64,000 nucleotides of DNA. Source: Selaginella moellendorffii. Lineage: Eukaryota > Plantae > Lycopodiophyta. The stretch covers positions 208,485 through 272,484 of the forward strand of contig NW_003314410.1 of NCBI RefSeq assembly GCF_000143415.4. The letters run 5' to 3'. This document shows positions 14,832 to 27,982 of this stretch, piece by piece. A model generated the notes under the pieces. It saw only the letters and a list, made by a program, of their open reading frames with translations. It made no database searches and was not told where the DNA came from. The translations under genes and the position numbers were made by a program. The first letter of the stretch is position 1, and each line of letters begins with the position of its first letter.

Positions 14832-15215
14832 CACAACAGTATATTTTGATCTTATACGGCAAGTAATGGCGTAGTCCTTTATTTTCAAAGATTTGATTTA
14901 ATACTTGGTTTGTTGTAACAGGAAAATCGATCTTTATGTTCGAAAGCAGCAAGCCCGTGACGGCTGGAAAAAAAGGAGAGACCGAAAATCCAAAGCAAAT
15001 CTGTCAAAAAAAAAGTGCATGGGAGACGTGTGAAGGACGACGTGGACTAGAATGGCCGATGATGTGGTAGAGGACGTGGCAGAGGACGTGGTGAGAAACC
15101 AATTTGTTTCCAGGGCAGAGTGAAAAAGAAGAAATGGGATGGCTGCGACGTTAGCGGTGGTGGCGGCAGCGGGCTTGGAAGGATTGGGGTAGTAGCTGTA
15201 GAGCTTTACAGGGCC

Positions 15216-17359
15216 ATGGAGAACAGGACCAGGCAGTGGGCTCATATTATGCTGGACAAGCAGCAGCGAGATGTGCACATTGAGAGCAAGAAGCGCACCA
15301 TCGATCGGACTATGCAGTTCTGGATGCGCTGCATGTCGATCTATGCCAGCTACAAGGTGGGGTTTTTGAGGAGGGAAGAATTTCGTGACACTGGCAATTG
15401 ATGTGCAGGTGTGCCAAATCCGGGTCCAGTTCGTCAGTGACAAGCAGGAGCAAGACAGGATTTGGGAGGAACAGCATGAGAGTGCGGCCGAAAAGGTTTA
15501 CGCTCTTTGTACTGACCTCGGTGGATTCTTCCTAAAAGTAAGATTTTTTGATGCGAAAATTGTTTCTTCGTGAAATGGACACTTTGGCTTTGATTCTAGT
15601 CTGCTCAAGTTCTGGCAAAACCGGATTTGGTTCCTGCAGCTTGGGTGAAGAAGCTTGTTGTGCTGTGCGACGATGCTCCTCCTACACCTTTCGAGACTGT
15701 CCAGGGTATTGTGGAAGCTGAGCTTGGAAACCCAATCAATGCACTCTTCGAACGTTTCGATCAGAAGCCCCTTGGCTGTGCTTCGATCGCTCAGGTACTG
15801 TCATTCAACCTGCGGGAATTCTCTACTAACTCTTGTTGCCAGGTTCACAGAGCGCGACTAAAGGGTCGATCGACTGACGTTGCTGTCAAAGTAAGACCTG
15901 CTTCTGTTACGGATCTATCCTGACTGTTTTATCGTTCCGTTTTCTAGGTGCAACATCCTGGTGCTGAAGAGCTGATGATGACTGATATATCCAATCAGAA
16001 AACATTTGGAGCATTCTTGCAGCGTTTCGATGTAAAGTTTGATCTTGTTTCGGCTGTCGACGAACTCGAGCAGCAGGTAAACGAAGCTTTCGTATGTATG
16101 TTTCTAAGCTCTTTGTTAGGCAGGTTCACCATGAGTTCGATTTCCTGAGGGAAGCGAAGTCAATGGATCGGATTGCGGTTACTTTAAGCAAAGAGAATCG
16201 TGGGAGCCCTCCCATTCAGGTTCCTCGTCCTGTTCCAGGATTCGTAACAAGGTACATTAGATTAAAGTCTGTATATTCACTTTCTAATCTTCTGTTTTCC
16301 TATAGAAAAGTTCTGGTAATGGATTTTGTTGAGGGCATTCCGATTTTACGTATAGCGGATGAGATGATTAAACGAGGCATTAATCCCCACGGAAGTGTTG
16401 CGAACCATGCAAAGAGGTGAGCATTTTGCGAGCTTTTCTCTACTGATTCAACTGTGCAGGTCGATATTGAAGGATATCACTGCAGCTTACGGCCAAATGA
16501 TATTGAGAGACGGGTTTTTCCAAGCTGACCCACACCCAGGAAACATACTTGTGAAAAGCAATGGCAAGGTAAAGTTTCTTGTCATGTTAGAATAGTTTTG
16601 TGGATGAGATGATTGCCGCAGGTGGCATTACTGGACTACGGACAAGTCAAGGAACTCCCTAATGAGTTGCGGCTCGCTTTTGCGAGGCTGATACTTGGAA
16701 TGTCTTCTCATGATCCAAAGCGGATTGAGCTAGCTTTCGGGTAAGCTGTTGCCTTCTTTCGACGGTAAAGATGAAAAATGTCTCTCGTCAGGGACTTGGG
16801 GATTGAAATCTCGAAACTGTCCATGATTGGTGAGGGCTCGATCAAAGATCTGGCCACAATCATGTTTGACACGAAACTTCCCGGTGGGTTAACAGTGGTG
16901 AATCCGTTTGCAGACGACTCGCTTCTCAAGCAGATATCAGTTCCCGTGAGTGTATCTCTTACATTCTTGGTCTCACTTTTGCTGATAGCTGTGTACCATT
17001 TGTTTTGCAGAAGTTTCCCAGGGATTTGTTTTTCCTCCTTAGAACGATTCACATACTTAGAGGCATTAGCATGGGCATGGGAATAAGTTACTCCGTGGCG
17101 GACGAGTGGAAAAAGCTTGCCGATGAGGCTTTGAAAGCCGCGAACCAGATATCTACGGGTAAGCTCTTTCCCTCTTGAGGACTAAAAGCTCTAAGGCGAA
17201 TTCCATCGACTTGATCTCTTTTTCGAAGGCTCACAGAACGGGAAAGGCCAGGCAAAGATTAGGAGCATCGAGCAGCAGCAGAGCTCTCAGTGGAGGCGGG
17301 CTATCAAATATCAGCAAAAGAAACAACAGCAATGGCGTCGAGAGGTGCCAGTTCTCTAG
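15216..17359 (+). CDS. ABC1/UbiB atypical kinase (ABC1K family)
   Basis: LGGFFLK, PLGCASIAQVHRA, VAVKVQHPG, EFDFLREA, FFQADPHPGNIL, VALLDYGQ. Start codon and last exon are approximate. Confidence 0.85.
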
Positions 17360-19079
17360 AAAAATTCAGCGATAAAAATGATAGGAATCATTTCAGCAAA
17401 GGTGGTGCCGAATTATCATCCTTGATGTATTGTCAATTAAAACTTGGGACCATATACGATCTTTTGATCTTTAGGCGGTCCAAAATGTGTTGCGTGGTTG
17501 TGCGACACGTGACGAGAAGCTATCCCACGTGCCGTAGGGCAGTGTATAAGAAAGTCGATTCAGCGGAGAAAAATTTCTGAGGCTTGCGTTCTTTTTGGTA
17601 AGCTTGTTGAAGTTTTAGTTTGACTTTAATTTCCCTCCATATCTATTCATGAAAGGATGAAGAAAGACTTTGTTGGTGGAAAAGACAGGTTTTGAGCATT
17701 GTGATTAGAGGATGCAAGCAAGAAGGCTGAATGTCTGATCCATTGATTCATTCATATGCTGTTTACATGGTCTTGCAGTGCCTACCATGAAGCATGACTC
17801 ATCTCACACTAGTTTAAAACTCTATGAAGACTTAAAAGATTACCAGCTCCAACTCCATGTTTGGCCCGCTTCTAGCCAGCTCTTATTAGGATATCCGCTC
17901 CATCATGGACCTTCCACCAATTGTTTGTCCAAGCTTCTGAAGGGAAAAAAAGAAAAAAGGAAAAGAAGCAAGAAGGTTGTCATTGGGTACGGATCTTTGA
18001 TGTTTTTGTCCACCATTCTACAAGCTTCTCTGCTTTGGGGTTGACATATCATTTTTTATAGCCATTCCTCTTTCCCATCTTCATCCTTCTGCATCTTCTA
18101 AATCGTGGTGGCTGTGCTTGCTGCGCCATGTAGGGATCACCTGTTATGGAACTCATCTCTGGTACGAGCAATGAAGCCGTGGCGTACCGAAGCACATCCG
18201 CATTTTCTTCCTGCTGCTCAAGAAGCCGAGTATCTTGAATTTGATCTACCAGATATCTCGTTGTTTACAGGAGAACCAATGTTCGTCACCGGCAGCGAAG
18301 GACGAGACGCCCCGAGCGCTCTGATCGATCGAGTCCATCCATTCACAGGGGATCCACTTGATCTTTAAAACCAAACCTAAAAAGGTCCCTGCCCTAGGGA
18401 TCAAAGAATATGCTGAGCAGCCCTAACTAGAGTGCCCTATCCCATATGCCCAAGCTCAAGGGCTTTCATTTGATATATAACAGCTCGCGAAGACACCAAT
18501 GGCATGAGCGCGCCCGCTTCAAGGTGGGAGTCAGCACGGTGTTATCCTCGGAGGGGGATAATGACGTGGCTGATAATGCGGGGCACATCGCGTCAGGCGG
18601 GTGACCGAGCATCGCTACAGCTCCAGCTCTCGCCAGTGAAGGGATCACGCGCTCCTTTTTTTTGTATGTTTTCAACGAGCGATGGTAAGAGCCTCATTCC
18701 GAGGATTAGAGTTTTTGAGCAGGAGTAGGTAGCACAACTTTAGACAGCATTTTTTTCGTTTCTAAATTTCTTGAAAATCCAACCTTTCCCGACTTCGTCC
18801 ACACTTTCAACGTCGGACCGACTCGAGTGAGAACTCGCCTCAAGGGAGCATCAAACAAGTCCATTCCCGCAAGTAAGTTTTATCGATCGAGTTTCGAGTT
18901 TGATAGCTCTACGATATCAAACAGGCTCGCAAACTCTGCGATGGGACGCGCAGCAAAGGTGAGAGACCCAACCTCTCCATCACCATCTCCTCCCTCAGGT
19001 TTTGCGCCAGCTCCAGGCCGGCAGAAGAATCCACGCGGACCTCTTCTCGTCCGACTTGCTGGTTTCCACCGGTAGTGTC

Positions 19080-20410
19080 AGATATATGGGAACTATTACT
19101 GGAATTGGCGATATCGATCCGGCTCGATGGCCTGGCTCTAAATGGCGCTTCCCAAAGGTAAAGAGTCCTGTCTTCAAGTGACGCATTTTTTAGCTGAGCA
19201 CGCGGCTAGCGAAAGACAGGCATGAGAGATAAATCCATTTATTGCTCAATGTGACTCCCCCGGTTTCGACGAAGAGATTCAGGCAGGCCAACAATGCTCA
19301 CAGACATAAGTACTCTCTACATGCACTTTTAATTCACGGTTGGTCTATTATCCAGAATAGAGAGACTTCAGGAGAAAGTTTTCCCTCTCTGAGATGCCTG
19401 CAAATTACGGTTGGCCTGTAGGATCTGACAAAGATGATTGTCGTATGACTTTCGACTGACACCTGAGTGGTCATAGTGTTCCTGGTTTTCCTTCTGGATT
19501 GCCAAGCCCCAGAAACGAGGGGCTACCATCTCATCGTAAAGTCGATATGCACCAGCAGCAGCTTAGGCTCTGCATTCAGCAGTTTCGAGAGAAAAAGATT
19601 CCTCCACAATTCGGGAACCGCAGCAGCTTCTCCAACCAGCAGCATGAAGTTGCTCAGTCTACTTGCAGACAACAGACAAAGCTTCACATGTTTCCTCGCA
19701 GCAACAGGCTCCCAGTAAGTGAAATCCATCGTCACTTCTTATGTAATGCTTTTTTGTCTACTCTTTTTTGTTCTTTAAGGAGTTGGGGAGCCCCAGGTAA
19801 TGCAAACGATTCTGACCGCGAGTGCAAACTATTTGGTTTCTCGTTGAAGGCAAAGACAGCTTTGGCCAGCACCGCCAAAGACGACGTCCACAAGGATCTC
19901 GAGTCGGAAGCTTCCGGCTTCAGGAAGTGTTTTACTGGCCAGAACTGGAACCAGCAGCAGCAAGCAGGACGTGCACCAAAGTAAGATCTCATTCTTTATT
20001 TGAAGCGCCAGACTCTGAATCTCTTCTACTTTTCAAAGGTTCACAAACACGGTGCAGTGGGACGAGCTTTGGACTTGCCCAAGTTTCGGGGATACAGGGA
20101 ACTCCTGGAGGAGCTGCAGCATCTGTTCGGCATTGACGAGAACCTGAACGTGGCAAGCCGTGTACGTAGATAACGAAGGCGACATGCTGCTCGTCGGAGA
20201 CGACCCCTGGGGGTAAGATCTCGTCTGTGCATTTCATTTGCTTAAAGAGTTTTTACATTTCAGGGAGTTTTGCACGACGGTGCGATGCATTCGGCGGCTG
20301 AGATCCAGAAGCTTACCGTGCGGGCACGCAACAGCAGCACGGAAGAGCCATCCAGCAGGCTGTCCGATCAGCAGGATTCCTCGTCCCCTCCCGCTTCTAG
20401 CGACGAGTAA
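19080..20410 (+). pseudogene. ARF: Truncated, frameshifted auxin response factor (class B-like) remnant with PB1 domain
   Basis: [22 protein letters not shown] (ARF dimerisation domain), ECKLFGFSL (repression motif), RTCTK/VHKHGAVGRALDL...YVDNEGDMLLVGDDPWGEF (PB1). At least two frameshifts; no B3 domain found upstream. Confidence 0.8.
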
Positions 20411-20635
20411 TTTAGCAGCTTTCGTTTTGAGAACTTTCCCTTTTTGCCCTGCCTATATAAAATAGTGATTCTTAGCTCAAACTTAGGGTACATCGTTGAT
20501 GAAGGGCTAGGGCGGATGCCGGGATGTCTTGGGGTTGGGGTTGGGGTCGCGACGCTTCCACTCTGCCCATTGATCGGAGCTCCAGGTGCTTCTCTCTCTC
20601 CCCTCCCGCAAGGTAAGTTCGTTTAGATAGGCAAT

Positions 20636-21780
20636 AAGACAAAAGCGAAGCTGCTTGCAACGAGCTAAGAGGTCTGTTAGATGCGATCAAGAAATCCTGT
20701 TGAAACTCTCAACGTTCGAGGACACCAGGTTCGCGATTGCAACGCAAAAGGGAGCCAGTGACACAACAAACAACTCAAACAAGTGAAACAACGGATGGAC
20801 AACGCTCTGTGAATACAAACAAAACTAGATCAACGACACTTAGTTTCATGTTGCCAGGTTCGCGTGTGTTTCGATTTGTTCTAATTTCTTGTCATGAAGA
20901 AGCCAAGTGACATGTTGGTGTTGCTCAACGACGATAAGAACTGGAAAACGCCATGTCACAGCGTGTGCCAAGAAGAAAAATGCTACTAGATTGGAGAGAT
21001 TTTGTGTCAACGTTTTGGAGAGATTGTCAGTGCTTTGAGTTATGTTGTTACTGCGCTCAAGGCAAGACCTGTGAGCTGAGAAACAACTTTTTGGCACCTG
21101 CGATCTTCAGAACTTCAATCCAGCTGAAGACGTAAATGACAATGACAACAGCGATCATGATCCGTAACTCTCGCACCTCTCCACCTCTCAAGGTAAGGGC
21201 TTTTCTTTGTGTTAGGAATAAGCGAGTAAGACAACGAAACAAGAGAGATTTGCTGGAGACAAGAAAGCGAAGCTGCTTGCAACGAGCTAGGATCGAATGA
21301 TCAACGATAAATGAAAGGCTTGAATTCGTGTTGAAACTCTCAACGTTTGAAGACATCAGGTTCGCTCTTTATTTTCGACGGGTCAAGAAGATGCTATGCT
21401 CAACGCAAAAGGGAACTAGGGACACAGTCAAGCTAAGATGATATGCTCATAAAACAGCTCAAACAAGCTAAGTGCAAAACAAGGGTCCAAGGAACCCTCA
21501 ACGCAAAGGGAAACTTAGCTTCAGGTTTGCATGTGTTTCAATTTGTTCTAATTTCTTGTCATGAAAAAGACAATTGACGTGTTGGTGCTGCTCAACCACG
21601 ATAAGAACTAAAAAACGCTGTGTTCAAAAAGAAAAATGCTGCGAGATTGGAGTGATTTCTGTCAACGTTTTGGAGAGGCTTTGAGTTATGTTGTTGCTGT
21701 GCTCAACGGAAGACCTGCTGGCTGAGAAACAACGTGATCTTCAGAACTTCAATCCAGCTGAAGACGTACATTGACAATGG
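20636..21780 (+). repeat. Diverged tandem duplication, period ~620 bp, of unidentified sequence
   Basis: AAAGCGAAGCTGCTTGCAACGAGCTA, TTGAAACTCTCAACGTT, TTTGTTCTAATTTCTTGTCATGAA and CTTCAGAACTTCAATCCAGCTGAAGACGTA each occur twice in the same order. Confidence 0.8.
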
Positions 21781-22204
21781 TCCAACCTTAATGAAAACAA
21801 CGATCATGAAAACTCCCAAGGCAAAGGAATGTGCATAGTGTGAATTTACAAGAAAAGACGCCTGAATCAACTCATATATTGGTTTGTCTAACTAGGATGT
21901 TTGCTGTTCAACGAAATGGAAGTCGAAGTTTAAGAGGTTCGTGAGCTGTTTGTTCTAACCAAAATGTTTGTCCAAAGAACCAAGTCTTGTTCTCTTTAGT
22001 TTTCATTATGGTTTCTCTAACTTCCTTTTGTTTTTGCAACACCATGAGATTGCAATGGTGCCATAGAACAACGTTCCAGGGCCAGCTAACGTAGATGGAA
22101 GTTTACGCTCTGGCAGTGGGAAAACGAGACGATCTACACAAGCACTCTGTGGTTTCCTTGAAAAGAAATGAAATGTTGCAAACATTTGTCGAGTAGTTAT
22201 GTCT

Positions 22205-22300
22205 TTTCAGGTGCTAGCTTAGTTGGGAGTGGCCATTGCCACCGTCACTGACTTACAATTCCATTTATTTGACGTGGATCATACCCAGCGCGGGAGCCGG
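22205..22300 (+). pseudogene. Nucleotide-sugar transporter gene fragment
   Basis: After an AG acceptor the sequence reads VLA*LGVAIATVTDLQFHLF, then WIIPSA, matching plant nucleotide-sugar transporter (TPT-family) motifs with an internal deletion. Confidence 0.6.
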
Positions 22301-22598
22301 TTTGTGAGCTTTATTCACGAAGTTCACGGATGAATCATCTAATAGCGTCTTACTCCCGATATGCATGGGAAACGGAAGAAAACTCGCCCAAGAACCAAGA
22401 ACACCGGACGAACTGGAGATAAACAAAAGAGAGGCACTCCTGGTTTGAGAATACAAGGTTAAAAAATATTTTACTTCCTCTAGACTTCTCACAAGCCCAA
22501 AGCCGACCCGATAGCTTAGCTTCTCGAATATGCCAAGGCGCGATTCTTTGTTTGAGTAAGAGCCTGCAAACTTTGAGTATCATAAGGGCGCCCCAATC

Positions 22599-24692
22599 TT
22601 ATATCTCGAGAAGGGTGCTTGCCGTCCTGAAACCATGACCGCTAGGCAGTGGTGCGTTCCCTGGTCTCTCAAGTATCACAGTGTCCAGGCCTGGTAACAA
22701 AAGCAGTGATACATTAGCAACACATCTCTCGCTTTTTTTTTCCCAGCATTACCAGCTTCTTTAGCCGCAACAGCTTCAGCCAGCACGTCCGTGGCGAAAG
22801 TAATCTGAGAAGGCTCGTCGGCACCCACCGAAAGGAAGATTTCAGTGTAGCTCCGTGCCTCTCGTTTGTTTCTGAAAAGGAATGAGATGCAAGGAGCAAA
22901 TGTAATGAACCAAGTGCAGAAAATCTCACCCTGTCACGGTATCGAAGTAGCCCGAAATGTATCTCCTCAAATCACCAAAGTTTGTGTTCCCAAAGATCAG
23001 CCGCTGCGCTTCTCGGCTCCCACTCGAGTAAATATAGGCCTGAAAGGAACAAGGCGACAACATCAACATCGTGCTTTGGGAACTTCTATCAGACCTTCGA
23101 CTCGGCAGAATGCCACAAGGAGAGTGCTTCAGGAACGTCCTGAAAGACTTGGCCTTTGAGTTCACCGTTTTTGTATCCTGTTCTCCAAATATGTCCCTGT
23201 GATGCAAAGGATCAAGAAACGTTGATTCAAAACAAGACCAGACCTGCAATTGTTTGAGGGCTGTAACTTTGCGATCGGCAGCAATCATGGCGAGAACGTT
23301 ACGCTCCGCTGCCGCAATGACTTCGTCCTTAGGAGCATCACTTGGAGGAATGAGCTGCGCTTGCACGTTTCCCTCCTTTGTGTCTTTGGAAGCCTGCTTG
23401 TCATAACACGAGAGCTTGATTTCTGCTGCCACCAAAACCATTGAAATCTTGCCTGTTGCCTGAGAAGTTCTAGATCATCTTGAGTCTCCTTCGAATCGTA
23501 AGTGGCTGAGAGGTGTTTTCCCACATTGTCACGCGCATAGGGAAACAAAACGTCCGTCACGAACGATATGGGAGTGGTGGTGCCTTCAATATCAAGTAAA
23601 ATCACACGCTGCAAAGAAGAAAAACATTTGATAAAAGCCGCATAAATGGACAGTATTTCTTACGGGATAGTTTTTCTTTGGAGCTGCAAGGCTGAGTTTC
23701 TTCACTGGTCCATGCAAGGGGTCTGTATGGTCGAGGCCAAACTGGCGAAGCTTAAGTGCGGCGTCAAAAAGATAATGGTAGCATTCTGCCTGTTTCGCAA
23801 AAGATTAAGAGTCAAGCTGGCAAAAATACTATCACCTGAGTTTTAGCACTGATCCACGAGTCACCCCAGACGTAAATCCCATGGTTTCTCACTAACACCG
23901 CCGTCGTTCGTGGATAAGCGGCAATCTTCCAGCAAAACACGAATCAGAAAGACAACAGTGAGAAACGAACGAGCTTTTACTCACGGCTGCTGCTAAAGAG
24001 TCCGTGAGCTCGTATTCATACGCAGAGTTTTCAATGATCGGGACTACGAGCTCGTCGTAGTAACCATGCCCTTTGATTCCTTTGATCATCTCCATGTGAG
24101 TGATCTACAGCAGATGGAGCTCAAAAGAGTAAAAAGAGAAAAAGAAAAGTATTACCCGAAACTCTTTGGCACCGGGATCGATCATGGTCACGAGACAGCT
24201 CTCCATTCCATGGCTGTGAATCACAGCTCCAGCATTCCTCATCGTGTACGCCTAAGTCACGAATCCAAGTCGCATGAGAAGGAAAGAATTTTTAAAAAAA
24301 AGTACAAGAAGAAGCTTTAGAACCTTCATGAAAAGAGGAGCACAGTCCGTGCATTTGGGCGGCTTGTGAGGAGGAGGCAATGGCAATGGCGTGGAGAGGA
24401 CGGCCCCATTCTTATCCAGCACATACATATCCTCCGCATTCATCTTTTCCTTCTGGACTCCTGGGAGATCGAAACGAATCCCAAGATCACAATGCTCGCA
24501 TCGCATCGCAGAAATTTTACCTGAGGGAGCCATGACGATCAAGCGATCGGCCATGGGGAGCTGCGGATCCTCCACCTTGAGAGTAACACCTCCGCCAGTT
24601 CCAGACACCCAGCCGAGGCCATAGAACTGCCTGCACAGCGCCGCCACGAGCGTCTTCGCTTGCTCAGTGGCGCTCTCCACCACTGTCCCCAT
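22599..24692 (-). CDS. DEP1: Bifunctional methylthioribulose-1-phosphate dehydratase / enolase-phosphatase E1 (methionine salvage)
   Basis: [59 protein letters not shown] motif [46 protein letters not shown]. Confidence 0.92.
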
Positions 24693-24882
24693 TGCCGATA
24701 AACCCTAGAGAATCCTGCCACGTGTCAGAAAATTCTTTTGTGCCAACGTGGCAGCATCGTCAGCAGATCCCAACCGTCAAAAACAAGAAAGAACATAATC
24801 TGGACCGCCGAAAAAGAATACTAACAAAATCATCTCTCTTCGCAATTTACATAGTATATAAGCGCAAAATCACAATGCTATG

Positions 24883-27800
24883 TTACAAAGCATCGCCCAG
24901 GGAGAGCCTGCGATGACCGAGCTTGTGTCGATACGCAGCCTTGAGCTCTTCTAGTGTCAAGTTGCCAGAGTTTGGCCTTGCGAGAGCTCCATCTTCCTTG
25001 GCAGCTCCCGAGCTGTAGTGGCCGACGCTGCTGGGAATGTACCTGTTCTTCCGGCTGGAGATGGCGCTCGTCGACCGCCGCGTCGGCTCGCTCACTGGCC
25101 TGGAAGGGATATCTTCGTCGCTGAGAGATGAGGCTGGAGCTGGGTCGATTGTCATCTCGCCCTCGAGAATCCGAAGAACCTGTTTCGTTTTCGTGTGAGT
25201 CGTGAGAACTCGCTCGAAGTTGGTGCTAGATGCAAATGGAAAACAAACCATACCTGGGACATCCGTGGCCGTGTGTTTGGATCCCGTGATATGCACAGGA
25301 AAGCAGCATGGAGCATACAGGTCACTTCGTCCTTCTCAAACTCGCCGCAAAGTTTGGGGTCGACTAGCTCCCGGTAGACTCGTTTTCTCAACAATGGACG
25401 AGCCTAGAACAAATCACACGAGCATATTAGAGAAAGGTTGTGAGAGACCAGCTCAAGAACTTACCCATTCCGTGAGGCATTGCTGACCCTTTGGACGCGA
25501 AATGTCGATGGCCTTGCGGCCAGTTACAAGCTCCAAGAGCACTATTCCAAACGAGTAAACGTCTGCCTTTTCTGTGATCTGACCACTTTGTGTATATTCA
25601 GGTGCTAAATACCTGACAGAGCAGAGTTCATGCCATAGCTAAGTTTTGTTTCACGTAAAGCTTTCAAAACCTTACCCGAAGGTGCCAATAACGCGGGTTT
25701 CAACTCCAAGTTCTCCATCTGGTTGCCATCTAGCTAGACCAAAATCACCAACCTGGAACAAAACCGGAACTTCACGCGTGCTCTTTCATAACAATGCAAC
25801 TTACCATAGGTTCGTAGTCATGTGTTAGAAGAATGTTGTTAGGACGCATGTCTCTGTGAACAATGCAGCCGACTCGGCATTCCTCGTGCAGATACCGTAA
25901 TCCTCGAGCAGCACCGATAGCAACCCTTTGTCTGTATTTCCACTCCAGTGGATCCATGGTTTTACCTGCAGGAACTTGGCATCGTTAGCAAAAGAAAAAA
26001 AAAAACAGAAGAACTTACCGTAAAGATGAGCATCCAAAGAGTTATTGCATATAAACTCGTAGACCAAAAGACGCCTGCTGTCCTCCATGCAGTAGCCGAT
26101 AAGCATGACAACGTTTCGGTGTTGAGCACAGCTCAAAACCTCCACCTCTGAGCAGAATTCGACGTCGCCTTGCGAGCTCGCGAGCTTGTGCTGCTTAACT
26201 GCAACGACTTGGCCTTCAGGAAGAACGCCTCTGTGCACCGAGCCAAAGCCACCTTCCGCCAGAAAGTTGGCCTGGGAGAAACCACCTGTGGCGAGCTCGA
26301 GCTCTTCGAACGTGAACTCTCTGGGAGGTCGGCCGAAGACAGGTGCTTTGTGCTGGCAGATCGAGCACAGAGGTGGTGGCTCTAACGGAGAGTGTGTCGT
26401 CAAAGACACAGCTCTTCTTATGCTTGTGGCTTCTTCGCAATTTGGCCGGTTGTTTCTCTCGTCCAGTTCTGAGCTGAGCTTGCAGGATGTGAGCAAATCA
26501 GACAGCGCTAGCTTCGGAGCAGTACCACTGCTGCTTAATCGCGGAGCGGCAGGGTTCAGAATAGTTTTCAAGCTTTGCCTGGAGCTGCCCTCTCTCATAC
26601 TTGTAGACAGCCGGGAGTCTGAAGAAATCCGTTGCTTGATTGGACTGATTCTTGCTCTTTGAACTGGTGTGCTGCTTCTCTTACCTGAAGGAGTCATAAT
26701 TAGCATGATTCACACAAACACAAGTGGAAGTACCTTCAGCTTGTCGTGCCTCCTTGTATTCTTTGTTCTTAGAGTGGTCCTTAGTCGAGAGATTCCTGGA
26801 TGAGTTTCTCCACCGTCTTGGGACAACCGTCGGGTCGTCGCTATCGGATTCTGACGCACCATATTCCGGACGACGTACGTCCTCGATGGTCACACCAAAG
26901 CTTTCAGGAGTAGTCGTTTGATAGCTGCCAGGTTCTGTGCCTGAGAATGGGGAGGTGCTGGACTCGGAGCATGATGAATTTCCTCTGCTGGTAGATGTGA
27001 AAGGCGTTCCCACATCGGGACTGCTTGCGGGAGTTTCAGCCTGCTTTGCCAACGGTGGTGGAACTGCGGCCTTTTCTAATGGCGTCGCTTCTGGAGATTG
27101 CTTGAGATTGAGCCGGAGTATCTTGGGATTGTAGCGATCCACAATGACCAAATTGCACTGTAAGTTGTCTGAGCACCTCTTTTCTTCCTTCTTCAAGTGC
27201 CTGAAAAAGAAAATTTCCACCGTAAATCTACGTAGAAAAACGGAAAAACTTTCGAGCAACGTACCTGTCAAGTACAACCCATGTAGCCTGAAGTTTCTTC
27301 GCTTCGATCGTCGTTGCTCCTTTCTCTGCGGAAGGATAAATCTTCACGGTCGTTTGTACCTGTCGCAATCGATCCCGTCGGTATAGAAAAGCTTATAACG
27401 GAATCGTGAAGTACTCACCTTCTTCGCATCAAAAAGGCTTTGAAGCTGCTCCATCATACACTGGCAAGACTTCCGCGTTTCCTCCTGCCGGATCTTGTCC
27501 TTCGTCGAAGAATCGCGGGCGAATTTCGCAAATTTCCAAAACTTCCATCCTAGAAACAACCCAAACCAGTTAAGCAATCACCGGCCAGAATACGAGAAAA
27601 AAGAAGAAGAAGAAAGAAAAAAACGCTTGAAACGCTTACCGGAGCTGGAAGGAAGCAGAGCTAGCAGGATGATCCTATCCCCGGGCTGGACCACATTCGA
27701 TAGAGCCCACTCAAGAGCATGCCTCGTGATGCTCTTGCTCCCGTCAATTGCCACCACAATCACCTCGGCAGCAAGTTGCCGGAAGCTCTCGGGCCTCGCG

Positions 27801-27982
27801 ATCAAATTGCTTCTCGAGGACGGGGCGATCTTCTTCGTCTTGGCCTTGTCCCCGACAGCAGCGCCCATGAGCCCAAAGCTCATCGGGAAAGGCTTGGGCC
27901 TGTCGAAGTCGAGCCGGTGCCTGGCAGCTCCTCCTCCAGGAGGACGAGCCAGATCTAATTTGGAGGAGGCCTTCCTCAGCAT
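24883..27982 (-). CDS. Receptor-like cytoplasmic kinase with N-terminal USP-like domain
   Basis: IVVAIDGS...[89 protein letters not shown]. Start codon uncertain. Confidence 0.88.
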
